Part shown: positions 63,244-64,000 of the stretch, in pieces
How positions within the stretch are numbered: position 1 is the first letter of the stretch
How the letters are laid out: the number at the start of each line of letters is the position of its first letter
Assembly: GCA_038496445.1 (NCBI GenBank)
Contig: JALMLS010000387.1
Coordinates: 36,627-100,626 of the forward strand
Origin: Trichosphaerium sp. ATCC 40318
Taxonomy: Eukaryota; Protista; Tubulinea
DNA: 64,000 bases
Reading direction: 5' to 3'
Notes under the pieces: generated by a model
The model's input: only the letters and a program-made list of their open reading frames with translations
Told to the model about the DNA's origin: nothing
The model's database searches: none
Made by a program: the position numbers and the translations under genes

Positions 63244-64000
63244 ATGATGTCGTCAAAACCCGCATGTAGAAAGCGAAAGCGTGAGGGAACTTGTAACGAG
63301 CGTAAAAAAGCTAAAAAAGAAATACTTGAGATGAAATTGTGGAAAGTGTTTCCTGCGGTTAAAACAAAAACAATCAAAGTGGAGAAACGAGCAGTTTACG
63401 AAGCTTTTAAGACAAAAGGGTACAAAAAACTTAGACTAAAAACGTTAGTACTCTAACTCTCCCTTGAATAGTTTTGTTGCACCTCTTTGGTCTAAAACAA
63501 CCTTTGAAATTGTAAAATACATGGATCAACTAAAGTACGAAACTGTTGGATTTAATCTAGGTGTTTTGGCGCGTATTTGAGACTACTTTTTGGTTAATTA
63601 TTGATTGAAAACAAAATGAAAACGGCCGCTGTTTTGAATGTCAAACAAAAGGCGCCAAAACACACGATTTGAAATAGAACATTTGTCACAAAATTTCGCG
63701 AATAGTGGTGTAAACACAAGCACTTTTTGGTGGCTTCCCACAACTTAGTTAAGTTTTCCAAAAAAGAAAAAAAACACACGTGATATGTAAAGAAAACGTG
63801 AAATAGCAGTTTCTAGTCTCCTTTTTATCAGTCACCAAGACCTTATCATCTATTTACATTAATCTGTATTTAGGCATGTACCAGATAATAAGAGAGTCGC
63901 AAAGATGAAGACCCTTATTCAACAAGACAAGAGAGTCGCAAAGATGATTCAAAAAGACTCGGGATATTACAACAATATGAAGTAAAACTTCTTTTTTCTT
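63244..64000 (+). CDS. 5' part of an uncharacterised Lys-rich protein gene running off the window
   Basis: ATG, NLS-like RKRKR..RKKAKK and putative splice sites. Confidence 0.3.

Noticed and set aside
63890-63947. 19-bp direct repeat as a CRISPR-like array
   Set aside because: Only two copies, 39 nt apart, consistent with an in-frame coding duplication in a eukaryotic exon.

Overview
AT-rich, intron-dense eukaryotic DNA with short GT-AG introns (mostly ~45-80 nt) and the standard genetic code. Gene content suggests a protist, probably an amoebozoan (inference). The main feature is a ~15.5 kb cluster (25.9-41.35 kb) of nine homeobox genes. Four are spliced TALE genes with a PBX-like PBC-B N-terminal domain and an acidic tail. 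Four are small intronless TALE genes with varied recognition-helix residues (one truncated). One is a non-TALE WFQNRR gene. Two head-to-head pairs occur, one joining the non-TALE gene with a PBC-type gene whose recognition helix has lost W48/F49/N51. This resembles basidiomycete HD1/HD2 mating-type loci and is a candidate mating-type or life-cycle locus. An AUG8/HAUS8-like gene lies inside the cluster, and tRNA-Gln and BRAP2 flank it. Elsewhere: a divergent WRKY gene, a highly divergent beta-type tubulin, a PTGR1-like reductase, a YVTN beta-propeller, a DOMON copper monooxygenase, an EGF+multi-TM protein, an expanding and decaying F-box/LRR/MORN family, a degenerate piggyBac, and a TIR-bounded foldback element (47.8-52.5 kb) carrying rearranged copies of the 58.9-61.7 kb genes. 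Exon boundaries and counts were read by eye.
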